From a virus (lineage: Duplodnaviria; Caudoviricetes), in IMG/VR virus record IMGVR_UViG_3300024259_000036, positions 1 to 58,587 of that record: a stretch of DNA of 58,587 nucleotides; one strand, written 5' to 3'. Position 1 is the stretch's first letter, and each line of letters begins with the position of its first letter. The notes beneath the pieces were generated by a model that saw only the letters and a program-made list of their open reading frames with translations, was not told the origin of the DNA and did not search any database. This document shows positions 8,942 to 19,295 of this stretch, piece by piece. A program made the position numbers and the translations under genes.

Positions 8942-9238
8942 TTATTCCTGATTTGCTTTTGCTGCGGCATCAACAGACTCTTTCAAGCCCTTGGATGCTT
9001 TGAACTTCGGAACAGTCTTAGCCGGGATTTGCAGCTCATCACCGGTCTTAGGGTTACGCCCCTTACGAGCTGCCCGATCTACCGTTGAAAAGGTTCCGAA
9101 CCCGACAAGGGTGACTTTTTCATCTTCAATCAAACCCTTTTCGATACCACTCACTACCACATTTACTGCAATCCGGGCATCTTTCTTAGTCATCCCAGTT
9201 TCCTCAGCCACAAAGTTGGTCAAATCTGCTTTATTCAT
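8942..9238 (-). CDS. hup: HU histone-like DNA-binding protein
   Basis: MNKADL..VGFGTF..RAARKGRNPKTG..IPAKTVPKFKASKGLKESV. Confidence 0.95.
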   Translation of the reverse strand: MNKADLTNFVAEETGMTKKDARIAVNVVVSGIEKGLIEDEKVTLVGFGTFSTVDRAARKGRNPKTGDELQIPAKTVPKFKASKGLKESVDAAAKANQE

Positions 9239-9892
9239 TTTACTTCCTCCCTTTAATTTTTAATTTCTCTTACAACCAAGATACTACACTATTTTTATTT
9301 TGTAAACTTTTTATTTTTTATCGTTTTTTCTGTCCCCCCTTCAAATCATTTGATTCCAGTATAAACCATTGGGATTACTATGTAAACTATTTATTTTCAA
9401 AATCTGAGAATAATTTCCTGAATAATGTGATATCGTCCCAATGTAAAGATATATTGATGTTATCGGAATTCTTTTTATCTATAAAAATATCAAGACCTTC
9501 TCCATTACTCCATTCAGTCATAATTGCTTCTGTGACATTCAAATGTTCTTCAAATTCTTCATAATTCCATTGTCTAACAGTACCTTCATTAACTTTCATT
9601 TTTCTCTCCTTCTTTCCTTGTTACATCCTTGAAATCATATTTTTCCTCAAAATCATCAACACATTCATTGTAACCGATGTTATAAAACTTTACTGCAACG
9701 GCTATAACTATTAAGGTCATAACTATCAATTCCAGTATCCATATCATAATACCTTCTTTCTACAAGAATATTTGTTGGTTTGTTTCTTTCTATCTCTATA
9801 AACAACCCTGGAAGTGGTTTGTCGCCACTCTTTAACAGGCTCCACCTTCATATCCTTAAAGATTTTATTCATTTGTTTTTTGTTTGCTTTCA

Positions 9893-10114
9893 TTACAACT
9901 CCAATTCAAATAATTTTTCTATATCATCATGTTCATTATATTCATCAAACCATTTGTCATTTATATTCCATCCATGGTATCCATAATAACGACCTTTTGC
10001 AGAAACTTCTCTAACGGTTTTACCATCAAAATAATGTTCCATATCTCCATTTATACTAGGAGTTTCATCCTTATTAAGGAATTCTAATTTCTTAAAGATT
10101 ACTCTCATATTCAT
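9893..10114 (-). CDS. Hypothetical protein, VIFKKL paralog family
   Basis: Shares VIFKKL..MEHYFDGKTVREV..WF with 28056 and 28763. Confidence 0.7.
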   Translation of the reverse strand: MNMRVIFKKLEFLNKDETPSINGDMEHYFDGKTVREVSAKGRYYGYHGWNINDKWFDEYNEHDDIEKLFELEL

Positions 10115-10421
10115 GTCCGTGTCTATGTTCCCACATATCTTTTAAAATTGTTTGTGCTCTTTCATTCAATTCATTCAATGCCCACCTGTCTGCTTCCTCT
10201 TCATCTATGATACCTGTCAGATGCGCCATTTCATGCGATATAACCACATTCACTTCATCAACTGTAAGACTATTAACAAAATCTTCTCTAAGGAGGATAA
10301 AACTCTCATCCTCAAGGATACAACAAAAAGCGTTCTTATCATATTCTATACCATGATTATCAAACATTTCAAGCAGTTGTTTAAATCGTTTATCTTCCAT
10401 CACTAAGATTTGCTCTTTCAT
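10092..10421 (-). CDS. Small HExxH zinc metallopeptidase-like protein
   Basis: VISHEMAH..EEEAD. Confidence 0.65.
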   Translation of the reverse strand: MKEQILVMEDKRFKQLLEMFDNHGIEYDKNAFCCILEDESFILLREDFVNSLTVDEVNVVISHEMAHLTGIIDEEEADRWALNELNERAQTILKDMWEHRHGHEYESNL

Positions 10422-10580
10422 TTCCTGTTCCTCTTACGGGCTTTCTTAGCGTTTTTATTTTTCTTCTTTTTCTTGTTCCTTTTCTTTACTATACTTGACA
10501 TATACTTATCAAATGCTTCCTGTTCATCAGGTGTCAATTCTAATTCTTTTAATTCTTCCTCAGTCCAGTTCATAATACTC

Positions 10581-10922
10581 CTAAGAGGATGCCATACCAC
10601 AAAAGATATATGCTCTTATTCCCCTCTTACCCTTACACCAGTTATTATATGACAGTTGTTTAATCTTTTTCAAATAAGACCTTTTAGCCTCTATACAAAA
10701 GGCTGGTCCCCACTTATCATTTTCTTCAATGATTTCACTGGCATACTTCTCTGGATCCTTTCTTGGAGGACATTCTTTCATAATAAAACCATCTTTCTCT
10801 GCGATGGTACCAGTGTATCCACCGTGTCCATGTGAATGTCTCGCACTTTCTACCAATTCATTAAAAGCATCCTCAGGTGATAATTTACCTACATAACCAT
10901 TAACAAAATCACATCCGCCCAT
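10581..10922 (-). CDS. Hypothetical phage protein
   Basis: ORF from MGGCDF with GHGGYTGTIAEK and KWGPA. Confidence 0.6.
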   Translation of the reverse strand: MGGCDFVNGYVGKLSPEDAFNELVESARHSHGHGGYTGTIAEKDGFIMKECPPRKDPEKYASEIIEENDKWGPAFCIEAKRSYLKKIKQLSYNNWCKGKRGIRAYIFCGMASS

Positions 10923-11204
10923 AATATATTTCCTTTCACTCCAGGGGTTTACTCTTGAACCAACATTCATAGTATAATAAATGTTGGGTTAAAAGTAAAC
11001 AATTTTAATGCATGTAGGTTTCCGTTGCAGTATTGTCAAAATGGGCACATATAAACAAACCCATTATACCCACTATAACACTGATTACAAAATATGTTAA
11101 TGTTGCTACTTCCGTTGCGGTTATAGCATCTACCCAAACAACTGCTAATATATCATACCAGAGGTCTATTGGCATCCTCAATAATCTCATATTCTTACCT
11201 CCTC

Positions 11205-11585
11205 TTATACAAGGTCAATGGTAAGTTCTTTATTACATTCGCCACAATATGTTACATAAATGCCATCATCATCAAACATACACATATCCACTTGTTCTGC
11301 AATATTACACTCTGGACAAGTATATTCAGCCAAAATAGCATCAGGTCTTACAATAACTGCCCGATTTTCCCGATCTGACAGTTCTTTCTCCAATTCATCA
11401 ACAGTAAAATCAGCCAAAATCTCCCGTTTTTCTTCATCCCAAGTCATATCTTCATTCTCCTCTATTGCTTTAAAATTAAATATCAAAGTTCCTTTACATG
11501 ATGGACAATATGTATCAGGATTAGCCCATTTCATCTCAAAAGCACTAATTACATTACAACATTTCGGACATTCATACATATTCAT
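11205..11585 (-). CDS. Zinc-ribbon protein
   Basis: Four CxxC pairs. Confidence 0.6.
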   Translation of the reverse strand: MNMYECPKCCNVISAFEMKWANPDTYCPSCKGTLIFNFKAIEENEDMTWDEEKREILADFTVDELEKELSDRENRAVIVRPDAILAEYTCPECNIAEQVDMCMFDDDGIYVTYCGECNKELTIDLV

Positions 11586-12239
11586 TTACCCCACTCTATT
11601 AGAAGTAGATTCCATCTTACACTCATTACAAATAAATGTCAACCTATCTTCTCCCTGCATTCCTTCACTTATATCCACGAATTCCGTGTCATCCTCATTA
11701 ATCCAGTCATTACAACCTTTACAATATACTCTAATAACCTTCTTAAAACTGTATCTAGGCATTATACCACCTTTCGTTTGAATATAACAGTAAAATTATC
11801 TCTCATAACAAGTTCCCATCCATCAGCACCCATTTCATTAAGTTTTTTAATATCAGTCAATACTATGAATGATTTCAACTTGTATTCCCACTTTTCCATC
11901 ATTACGCCTCTTTATTATATAACGGCCATATAGGTTCTATACGATTTAATACATCTTTTATGTTAATATAATCATTCGGCCACATGAATTTATCAGTATG
12001 TAAGTGTAACCTCAATTCCGACAAAACTTCCGCCATTTCCTTGTTTTCCTTCTCTAAACGCTTGATATAATTCATATTTTTTACTCTTCCTTCCCATACT
12101 TATCAATATACTCTTCAAAATACTGCCAACGGGTATTTCTGATATCCCGCAACCGATTTTCAAGTATATCAATCTCTTCCTTAAGGTCTAACATCATACT
12201 AATCAGTTTTTCTTTGTCTTCCATTATGATCTCCTTTAA

Positions 12240-12380
12240 TTAAACCCTTATACGGAGAAGGCAGTTACATAGGCAATTCCTATGCCCTGCGACACAAGTA
12301 TGTTTATGTTGGGTATAACATAACGCATACTTTCCATCAAACACTTACCCTTATGTTCTCATCTCCCTATAAAGGTTCAA
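12240..12380 (-). ncRNA. Candidate structured RNA immediately 3' of tRNA-Met
   Basis: About 19-bp closing stem with G-U pairs on the minus strand plus internal hairpins. Confidence 0.45.
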
Positions 12381-12381
12381 A

Positions 12382-12454
12382 TGGTGGCGGGTCAGGGATT
12401 TGAACCCTGCTTCCCAAGGTTATGAGCCTTAGTGGTTCACCAGAACTACCCGCT
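12382..12454 (-). tRNA. tRNA-Met(CAT), initiator-like, non-canonical cloverleaf
   Basis: A1:C72 mismatch, loop CT-CAT-AA, T-arm CAGGG-TTCAAAT-CCCTG, CCA. Confidence 0.8.
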
Positions 12455-12514
12455 ACATAGTGCAAAATCTACTCTATTTATCAACAAGTAGGGAAGATTT
12501 TGCACCTTTTTTAC

Positions 12515-12781
12515 TTATACAATCTCATCCAGAGATCCCCCTGCCAGGTAAGAATGAACAACCGGCATTATATCAGCCAGTTTTTCAACTTCCCCACCGG
12601 TCAAACGCCCGGCTTTACGAAACCCGTCCTCACCGTTTCGTTTCTGATAAACACGGGGGCCAATCTGCAACTTAGGCTCTCCGCCGTTGTAAGAATAAAC
12701 CGACACCTTCAAAGTGGTGTCATTCTCACCTTCAATATTCGCCATATACAACACTTTGTCCGCACTTTTATCGTATGCCAT
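12515..12781 (-). CDS. PC4-like ssDNA-binding/transcription coactivator protein
   Basis: VSVYSYNGGEPKLQIGPR..KAGRLT pattern. Confidence 0.65.
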   Translation of the reverse strand: MAYDKSADKVLYMANIEGENDTTLKVSVYSYNGGEPKLQIGPRVYQKRNGEDGFRKAGRLTGGEVEKLADIMPVVHSYLAGGSLDEIV

Positions 12782-12849
12782 TAAGATCCCCTTTCACATT
12801 TCAAAAAAGTTAATAATATAAACACTATACACTACAGTCAAAACTTTGT

Positions 12850-13013
12850 AAACTATTTATATGAGATATGATACCAGAGGCTATTTGATTTGGATGCAGT
12901 GCCAGGTTGTCCGCAACTACTTGACTAGTACAAGTAGGAGCCTTGTTTTTTTATCCTGTGTATGCCCAAGCCATCAGGGACAGTATAAATATCATACCTC
13001 ATATAAACAGTTT
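12850..13013 (-). ncRNA. Candidate structured RNA
   Basis: 24-bp closing stem, perfect with two G-U pairs on the minus strand; internal hairpins. Confidence 0.5.
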
Positions 13014-13193
13014 AAAATTCTTTGATTGCCTCCAGTCTATATTGGTACAGAGGCAACCAGCCCGTTAATAATACCCATCCACTCTACCCACGGACAAAGC
13101 AGTGGAATTTACGGTTCCAATTCAAACCCACGACATAGTTATACCCCTATATACAACGGGTTAATAAAGACATTCTCCCTACGAACTGAAATC

Positions 13194-13511
13194 ATCTTAC
13201 ATCATTTTGAATTTTCTGTAAACTGAAAAAATGCTTTCCGGAAAGACTTGGAAAAGGTTAACAGTTTCGTTGGCTTATGTATCATTAGTCAGGTGGTGCA
13301 CCACCCTTTCATAATACCTTCTGGGACGTCCAGATCTGCGATATAGTTTACGATTTATGTTTCCCGTGAAATTTCCCTCAACAACTGAAAACATCATATC
13401 AGATTCCCAGAAGTTCGTAAACATTAAAAATTCTGTAATCATTTCACACCGTTAGAAAAATCGTAATCATTTCAAACCCCTATCATAACATACGATCCCA
13501 GGATTGTAAAC
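13194..13511 (-). promoter_or_regulatory. Three leftward early promoters
   Basis: GTTTAC -35 at 13218, 13417, 13506 (minus strand) with TAAGAT/TATGAT -10 at matching spacing. Confidence 0.65.
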
Positions 13512-13538
13512 GAAAAAAATGACTGAATGGGATTCACC

Positions 13539-13950
13539 GTAACCACCTGAAATCATTGGGGCGGAGGATCGAGGAGGTGCTCAGCCAGAGTTCGGGTAGG
13601 TCATAGCCAGGCCCAAGTCTCGGAGATCGACCACCGTTGATCCTCCGGGTCTTCAGCGGGTATTCCTCCTCCTATAGGAGGGGATCTCCGGCCAGTAGGA
13701 CAGGGGCTCCCCTAAACCCCTAGAATTATTGAGATTTCCCTGAGAACCCGGAGGATTGAGGAGGTGCTCGGGGAGAGCTGGAGAAGGTCTAAGCCAGGCT
13801 CATGTCTCGGAGAACGATCCTCCTCGATCCTCCGGGTCGTCAGCCCCCATCTCCCTGTCCCTCAAATAATATCAGGGGGTTACCCGATTTTTCTCAGGAG
13901 CAGGAAGCCCAATATTTTCAGGGGCTTACTGTAACCCCGTAGAATTATTC
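13539..13950. repeat. Repeat/iteron cluster at the strand-switch point (candidate origin or terminus)
   Basis: Two about 95-nt direct repeats (13563-13657, 13750-13844), five copies of a 20-mer like GTAACCCCCTGAAATTATTG, 14-bp palindrome at 13668-13681. Confidence 0.75.
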
Positions 13951-14071
13951 AGAAAAAAATCTGGTTTACATATCTTTCTCCGCCTGTTATGCTTGTCATG
14001 ATTGATTTTGCGTTTTTCACTTGGAGGGATCATGTCATTTAAGGTAGTGAAATTGTTGAGAAACTTTTTTT

Positions 14072-14690
14072 GTTTACGGCTTCACGGAGAAATGATATGA
14101 TGTTTTCAGTTCGTAGGGAGTTCAACTTTTAAACATAACATTTTAACCGCTTACAGGTACGCCATAGACGATCTATGGGACGATCCGAGAACGCCACTGC
14201 AGGGGCTAAGTGTAGGATCGTTTTTAACCCTTTGATGTTAACCCCTTATCAAGTCTTTCCGGAAAGCACAGTTTCAAAACGTAACAATTTCAGATGATTA
14301 GCGAATATGAGAAAACATTTATCCTTTTGATCCATGACAATGTTTCCATAGAATTGCCACCAGAGGATCCGGTTTCCCCATATTCTCCAAGTGTCTGAAA
14401 CACTTGATGAAATAAAAAAGTTTACAGTTCGGAACGGTTGTTGTAAGATGGTTTCAGTCTTTGAGGGAAATGTTATGATAAAAATTTTTGATAAAACAGA
14501 TTTTGAAGATATGTTGGGAAGGGATATTGTAGAATTATTCCAAAAAAATGAAATTGACATTGTGGAATTGTTTGAATTTTTTGAAGAAAACGGAAGTGTA
14601 AATTTGGATTGGCATGACGTTAAATTTTTGTTGAAAAAAGTATTTACAACGGCAAACGGATGATATAAGATGGTTTCAGTCTTTGAGAGA
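14072..14690 (+). promoter_or_regulatory. Rightward early promoter battery
   Basis: (G/A)TTTAC at 14072, 14420, 14642 with TATGAT/TAAGAT -10 and shared TTTCAGT leader. Confidence 0.65.
14475..14663 (+). CDS. Small early hypothetical protein
   Basis: GAGGG RBS, ATG at 14475. Confidence 0.5.
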   Translation: MIKIFDKTDFEDMLGRDIVELFQKNEIDIVELFEFFEENGSVNLDWHDVKFLLKKVFTTANG

Positions 14691-14719
14691 AAAAAACTTT
14701 TTGAAAGGGAGATTATATT

Positions 14720-14890
14720 ATGAAAAAAGGAATCAAGTGTGTTGTGGCAAAGAATGGTCGTGTCCTGATGGCTAATGACCGTGTGGCCCGTAAGTTTGGT
14801 AGCAAATCCAAGGCGATGGCGTTTGTGCGGAACCTTAACAGGGTTTCCAAGGGCACCACTCTGAAATCCTTTGAGTTCATCGCTGTTTAA
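14720..14890 (+). CDS. Small basic early protein (56 aa, not in ORF track)
   Basis: AAGGGAG RBS; MKKGIKCVVAKNGRV..FEFIAV*. Confidence 0.65.
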   Translation: MKKGIKCVVAKNGRVLMANDRVARKFGSKSKAMAFVRNLNRVSKGTTLKSFEFIAV

Positions 14891-14996
14891 CGGCGTGATA
14901 ACCCTCAGATTTTTTGAGGGTTGACATAAGCCTTGTCTAATGATAAGGTTTATTTCAATCTTTGAGAAAAAAACAATTTGAAAGGGAGAATATATT

Positions 14997-15176
14997 ATGA
15001 GAAAAGCAGATGTTACTGTAGGTAAGGTTTACATTGTTAAGGTTTCTGGTAAACTTGCCAGAGTGAAATTGACCAATACTTGTCGGCAGGGCGGATGGAT
15101 GGGTGTGAATCTTGACACCAATCGGGAAGTTCGTATTAAGACTGGCGGAAAACTCCGCAGGGAGATCGTAGGCTAG
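14997..15176 (+). CDS. Small SH3-like early protein (59 aa, not in ORF track)
   Basis: AAGGGAG RBS; MRKADVTVGKVYIVKVSGK..GGW.GVNLDTNREVRIKT..KLR. Confidence 0.7.
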   Translation: MRKADVTVGKVYIVKVSGKLARVKLTNTCRQGGWMGVNLDTNREVRIKTGGKLRREIVG

Positions 15177-15199
15177 TAATAGTGCCCCAATAGGGGCAC

Positions 15200-15348
15200 A
15201 TCCTTAAAAGGTTAAAGAAACCCCTTGGCTCTGTGCCTTGGGTGGGTGCAAGCTAAAGACTTGCCTAGTGTATAGTAGCCCTCACCAAGTTACTTTTACA
15301 GCCCTGATCTGGGATGGTGACCTGTTGTTTCTTTAACTTTTTAAGGAT
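15200..15348 (+). ncRNA. Candidate structured RNA
   Basis: 22-bp closing stem with one G-U pair on the plus strand; internal multi-stem region. Confidence 0.5.
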
Positions 15349-15416
15349 TTTACTACTTGACTAAATTCTCATACTTGACGAAAAAATCAAACCGTGGTAT
15401 TTAGTCATAATTCAAC

Positions 15417-15523
15417 GGAGGATTGACGGAGGGCGTTTTTAAACGATTATGAGGGTCAAAGCGTGTGTTTCTGGGGATTGAGCACCTCCTTGATCCTCCA
15501 GGGTAATAAAATCAGGGGGTTAG
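15417..15523 (-). repeat. Third, inverted copy of the 13.56/13.75 kb repeat unit
   Basis: 20-mer + GGAGGATCAAGGAGGTGCTC + 50 nt + CCGTCAATCCTCC. Confidence 0.7.
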
Positions 15524-16144
15524 ATATGGAGAGGTCTGATGCTGAGATATTAGCGAAAGGATATTTGGAGAGATCGCATATAACGATGTCTTTGGAAGGA
15601 CAGGAAATATCAGAAGAGGAAAGAAAGAAAATGTTGGAAAAATGGATCAAAATCTTAATGGAGGATGATGTGGGGTGATATAATGAGAAAAATTGAAGTT
15701 GAAACGCAGTTAATACTTGAAGTTCCTGTAAAAGCTGAAAGTTGGGCTGGACATACAGAAGCGGAAGATAAAGTCCTTGAGATTCTTAATGATATTTTCA
15801 AGGAAGCGGTTGATAACTTCACTTATGAAGGTATTACAATTAATCATATTGAAGTGATGGGTACACAGGAAATATAAAGGGAGGAGTAAAAATGGGTAAA
15901 TTCAAATTTGTGGCAAATGGTACAAGAGTGTTGAAATGTCATTGTGAATCCAAATGGCAAGATGAAAAATACGGTAGGGGTAAGAGATTGCATAATGCAA
16001 CTACGAAAGGTTACCGTTGTACTGTATGTGGTCAAAGTAAAGAATAGTGTAGTATTACAAATGGGGTGTGAAATTTTTTGATTTACATACCCCATTTTTT
16101 ATGTTACACTAAGTTTTAATCGTTAATTGAGAGGGGGAATTAAT

Positions 16145-16864
16145 ATGTCGCCAGAACAAAATCTGTTTAGAGATATTGCGAAACAAGTGCACCCCGATCT
16201 TAACGGTGGAAGTGTAAATGCCAATGAAATGATGAAGGAAGTCATTAAAAATCGTAATAATGGCGATGTCCTGTTGAACCTGGCCCGCAAATGGGGTCTC
16301 AAATTGAACGGTTCCTTTGATGAAACAGCATTTGATAAGAGAAGCAACGGTTTTAATGAGAAAGTGTTCAAAGTGGTCGTGGGGGCAATTGTCAAGTATG
16401 GGTTTCGTTATAAGAGGGGTACCAAGCATGTAAGGGGTGTTATCACTAATATCCGTCCGATCACAAGGGGACATCTTAAAGGAGCAAAGGAATATACAAT
16501 TTATGACTTTGCCACCCAAGCGATCTGGAAACATAAGGATTACAACACTCCAGGGTACAATGTTGTTGGTATGGCTTCCAAGGATGATCTTCAATTGGGG
16601 CTTGATAGGCAACAATCCATTAAGGACAATAAGAAAGCACGGGAGATGCATAGAAAGGATGTGGCGAGATCCAAGTTTCAATCAATAGGTATAAGACCTA
16701 ATAAGACCTATGAGTTTTCTGATATGATGGTATTAGTGAACTATAAGACTGGACCATTATGGAGGAAATTGATCAGAACCACGGCAAAGTGTGTGTTTAT
16801 TGAAGAGTATAAATACATGAAACCTAGAATGGTGAAAATTAAAAGTGTTCTGGATGCGAGGTAA
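16145..16864 (+). CDS. J-domain (HPD) protein
   Basis: FRDIAKQVHPDLNGG at the N-terminus. Confidence 0.65.
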   Translation: MSPEQNLFRDIAKQVHPDLNGGSVNANEMMKEVIKNRNNGDVLLNLARKWGLKLNGSFDETAFDKRSNGFNEKVFKVVVGAIVKYGFRYKRGTKHVRGVITNIRPITRGHLKGAKEYTIYDFATQAIWKHKDYNTPGYNVVGMASKDDLQLGLDRQQSIKDNKKAREMHRKDVARSKFQSIGIRPNKTYEFSDMMVLVNYKTGPLWRKLIRTTAKCVFIEEYKYMKPRMVKIKSVLDAR

Positions 16865-17206
16865 ACTATGAAATTAAGAGACTATAGCACAGAAGCATTG
16901 GAAGCTGAAATTAAAATAAGAAAGCAGATTGAAATGATTCCTTATTCTCAAAGGAATTATACATATTTAGAGGAAGGTACAAGGAAATACCTTCAAGATT
17001 ATAACTATGGTGATAATGAATTGGATTTTGAGGGTTTTTTTATACTGGCAGCTAAGACTTTTTATGGTAATGACATTTTCAGGAAATTAATGGATAACCC
17101 TTTTTAGTAAGAGGGTAAGAGGGTTCGTAACTCTTAAAATTTTTTTGATTTACAATTTTTTGACTATATGTTACACTAAGTAAAACTTTTGAGGGGAAAA
17201 TAAAAA

Positions 17207-17386
17207 ATGAGTGGAAAAAAGAAAGAAATTAAGAGGGTTACAAATAATATGTTTTCTGCGGACGCTAACTTTGAACGTGCCTGTGAAAGGGCAGGAGTTG
17301 AAGCTACCAAAAGACAAGCATCAAAATTCCGACTTGGTAAGGGATCTGCATTTAAATATCGTAAACAGGTTAAGGAGGATAACTAA
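17207..17386 (+). CDS. Small basic protein (59 aa, not in ORF track)
   Basis: GAGGGG RBS; ..FERACERAGVEATKRQASKFRLGKG.. Confidence 0.65.
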   Translation: MSGKKKEIKRVTNNMFSADANFERACERAGVEATKRQASKFRLGKGSAFKYRKQVKEDN

Positions 17387-17387
17387 T

Positions 17388-18209
17388 ATGTATCAAGAGG
17401 AAAGAAACCCGTTCTTTGATGTGAGAAAGGAAACTATCTCCACTTCAAGTGGTATTGATATTCCTAAGGTAGCATTGATTAACGATGAAACAAACGATAT
17501 CGTTGGGTTAGTGTCTGAAAACTATGAATTGATTGATAATTTCTCAGTTAATTCCTTGTTTGATGAAGCTCTTGACGGATTGGAAATCGCAACTGTTACT
17601 GATCACCTGGACTCCACCACTCGTAGATGGCGCAGACGTATTCTGTTTGGAGAGGATGCCTTCAATTTTGAAGTTCTCCCTGGAGATGCTGTTGGACTGT
17701 TACTGGAAGTCTTTAACGGATATGACGCTAGAACATCGTTTGGGTTTGAATTGATGGGATACAGGAGCATCTGCTCAAACGGTCAGATCCTTGGTAAGAG
17801 ATCCTTGTTCCGTGAATCCTTTGCCCATTATGTGGAAAACCCTGAAAGATTAAGACTTTCAGTTGATGGGAAACTGGATGCTTTCAAGGAAAATGTTCTA
17901 ACCTGGACTGAATGGACTCAGATCCCTTTTAAACAAGAGGATTTCAATCTGTTTGTTGACAATCGAAAGTATCTTGGAGTAAAGGTCGCTGATTCCATTA
18001 AGGACGCATACGAACCTACCATGAATGAGCAAAAATTGAATGAAAACAAGTATGGTGCGTATAACGTGTTGACTTTCTTAGCAACTCACGAAACGAAAGC
18101 ACGTAATGGTAGTAACATTTTTTCAGCAAGACATAATACAATCAACAGAATGGCTGGTGATCTGTATGATTATGATGAAAGTGGCTTGGCTCTAGCAGTA
18201 AATGGATAA
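17388..18209 (+). CDS. DUF932-like phage protein
   Basis: VGLVSENYELIDN, NGYD..S, YRSICSNG, H, YGAYNVLT; AGGAGG RBS before MYQEE. Confidence 0.75.
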   Translation: MYQEERNPFFDVRKETISTSSGIDIPKVALINDETNDIVGLVSENYELIDNFSVNSLFDEALDGLEIATVTDHLDSTTRRWRRRILFGEDAFNFEVLPGDAVGLLLEVFNGYDARTSFGFELMGYRSICSNGQILGKRSLFRESFAHYVENPERLRLSVDGKLDAFKENVLTWTEWTQIPFKQEDFNLFVDNRKYLGVKVADSIKDAYEPTMNEQKLNENKYGAYNVLTFLATHETKARNGSNIFSARHNTINRMAGDLYDYDESGLALAVNG

Positions 18210-18439
18210 GATAATACTCCCTTCAGAAATGAGGGGAGAAAGGAAAGATAATGAATATTTACATTAATGGTGTGAAGGATAATGGTGAGATCAGTGAATG
18301 GACTGCCCCTGTTCCTAAATCAGTTTTTAGAAAGGACAGTAAAGGTAAGGATAACAGGGGGTGGGAGATTGATATTAAGGATATACCTAAGGATATTGAG
18401 AAAATTAGAATGGTTTTTGGTAAATAAAAGGAGTCTGAT

Positions 18440-18880
18440 ATGCAATTAAAGTATTCAGATCCTAGGAATGTGCCCTTTATAGAGTTTGAAGATGGAAGTA
18501 AGTTAATATTTTCAACTCTATTGGAGCACAGAATAAAAGGCTTTCATTATATGTCTTTTAGTGGGAGAAATACGACTAGTGTATGCGTTAGTGGTAAAGG
18601 CGCAAGAAAGAAAAAATATTATGATACAATTGAAGATGTAAGTTTTGTAACTGATATGAGTTTAACAAGTATTGATAAAAGGGTTAGAGGTAAGTCCGGT
18701 CCTTTGACCCCTATCACCCTGGGATTATTAAGAAAACTGTTTAAGAGATTGGTAAGTAAGGATGGATATATGAGTAGGAAATCATTGAATAAATTGGAGA
18801 GGATCTTTAATGAGTTAAACAATGTAAAGGAAGATACTTGGGATGATGATCCTACTGCAAATGGAGATGAATGGAGGTAG
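18440..18880 (+). CDS. Hypothetical protein
   Basis: ORF with AGGAG RBS. Confidence 0.6.
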   Translation: MQLKYSDPRNVPFIEFEDGSKLIFSTLLEHRIKGFHYMSFSGRNTTSVCVSGKGARKKKYYDTIEDVSFVTDMSLTSIDKRVRGKSGPLTPITLGLLRKLFKRLVSKDGYMSRKSLNKLERIFNELNNVKEDTWDDDPTANGDEWR

Positions 18881-19295
18881 TACTATGGGTTCGGATCTTA
18901 TAATAACAAAGAGTAACGGTGAGTATGTGGTGGATATTGGTAGAGCTTATAACTATCAAAATCTTTACAATGATATAGATATTGACCGTGAAACACTTGA
19001 ATATAATGCAAAAACCAATGATGAATATATGATTCAAATGTTACAGGACTTTAAAGCATTTGTGGATGGTAGAGAGGATGTCATTGTAGCATTGAAGAAA
19101 ATGGATATGATGGATGATGAATATATTGATAAACTCTCTAAGAGTGATGCACTTGATTTGATGTTTGATAATTTGGTTGAGGCTGTATATCAAACAGGTG
19201 AGGAAAATCTTCAAATTGGTAAAAAAATGTTGTTATCCCAGATACTTGAAGAGGAAACTTTGGCTTATAGAATTAGTGGGTAGAAAGGAAATAAA

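Noticed and set aside
13539-13950. CRISPR array
   Set aside because: Only two long degenerate repeats and irregular 20-mers in both orientations; no constant repeat-spacer period and no cas genes.
17211-17387. N-terminal extension of the DUF932 ORF
   Set aside because: Region is occupied by a separate 59-aa gene; a strong RBS precedes ATG 17388.
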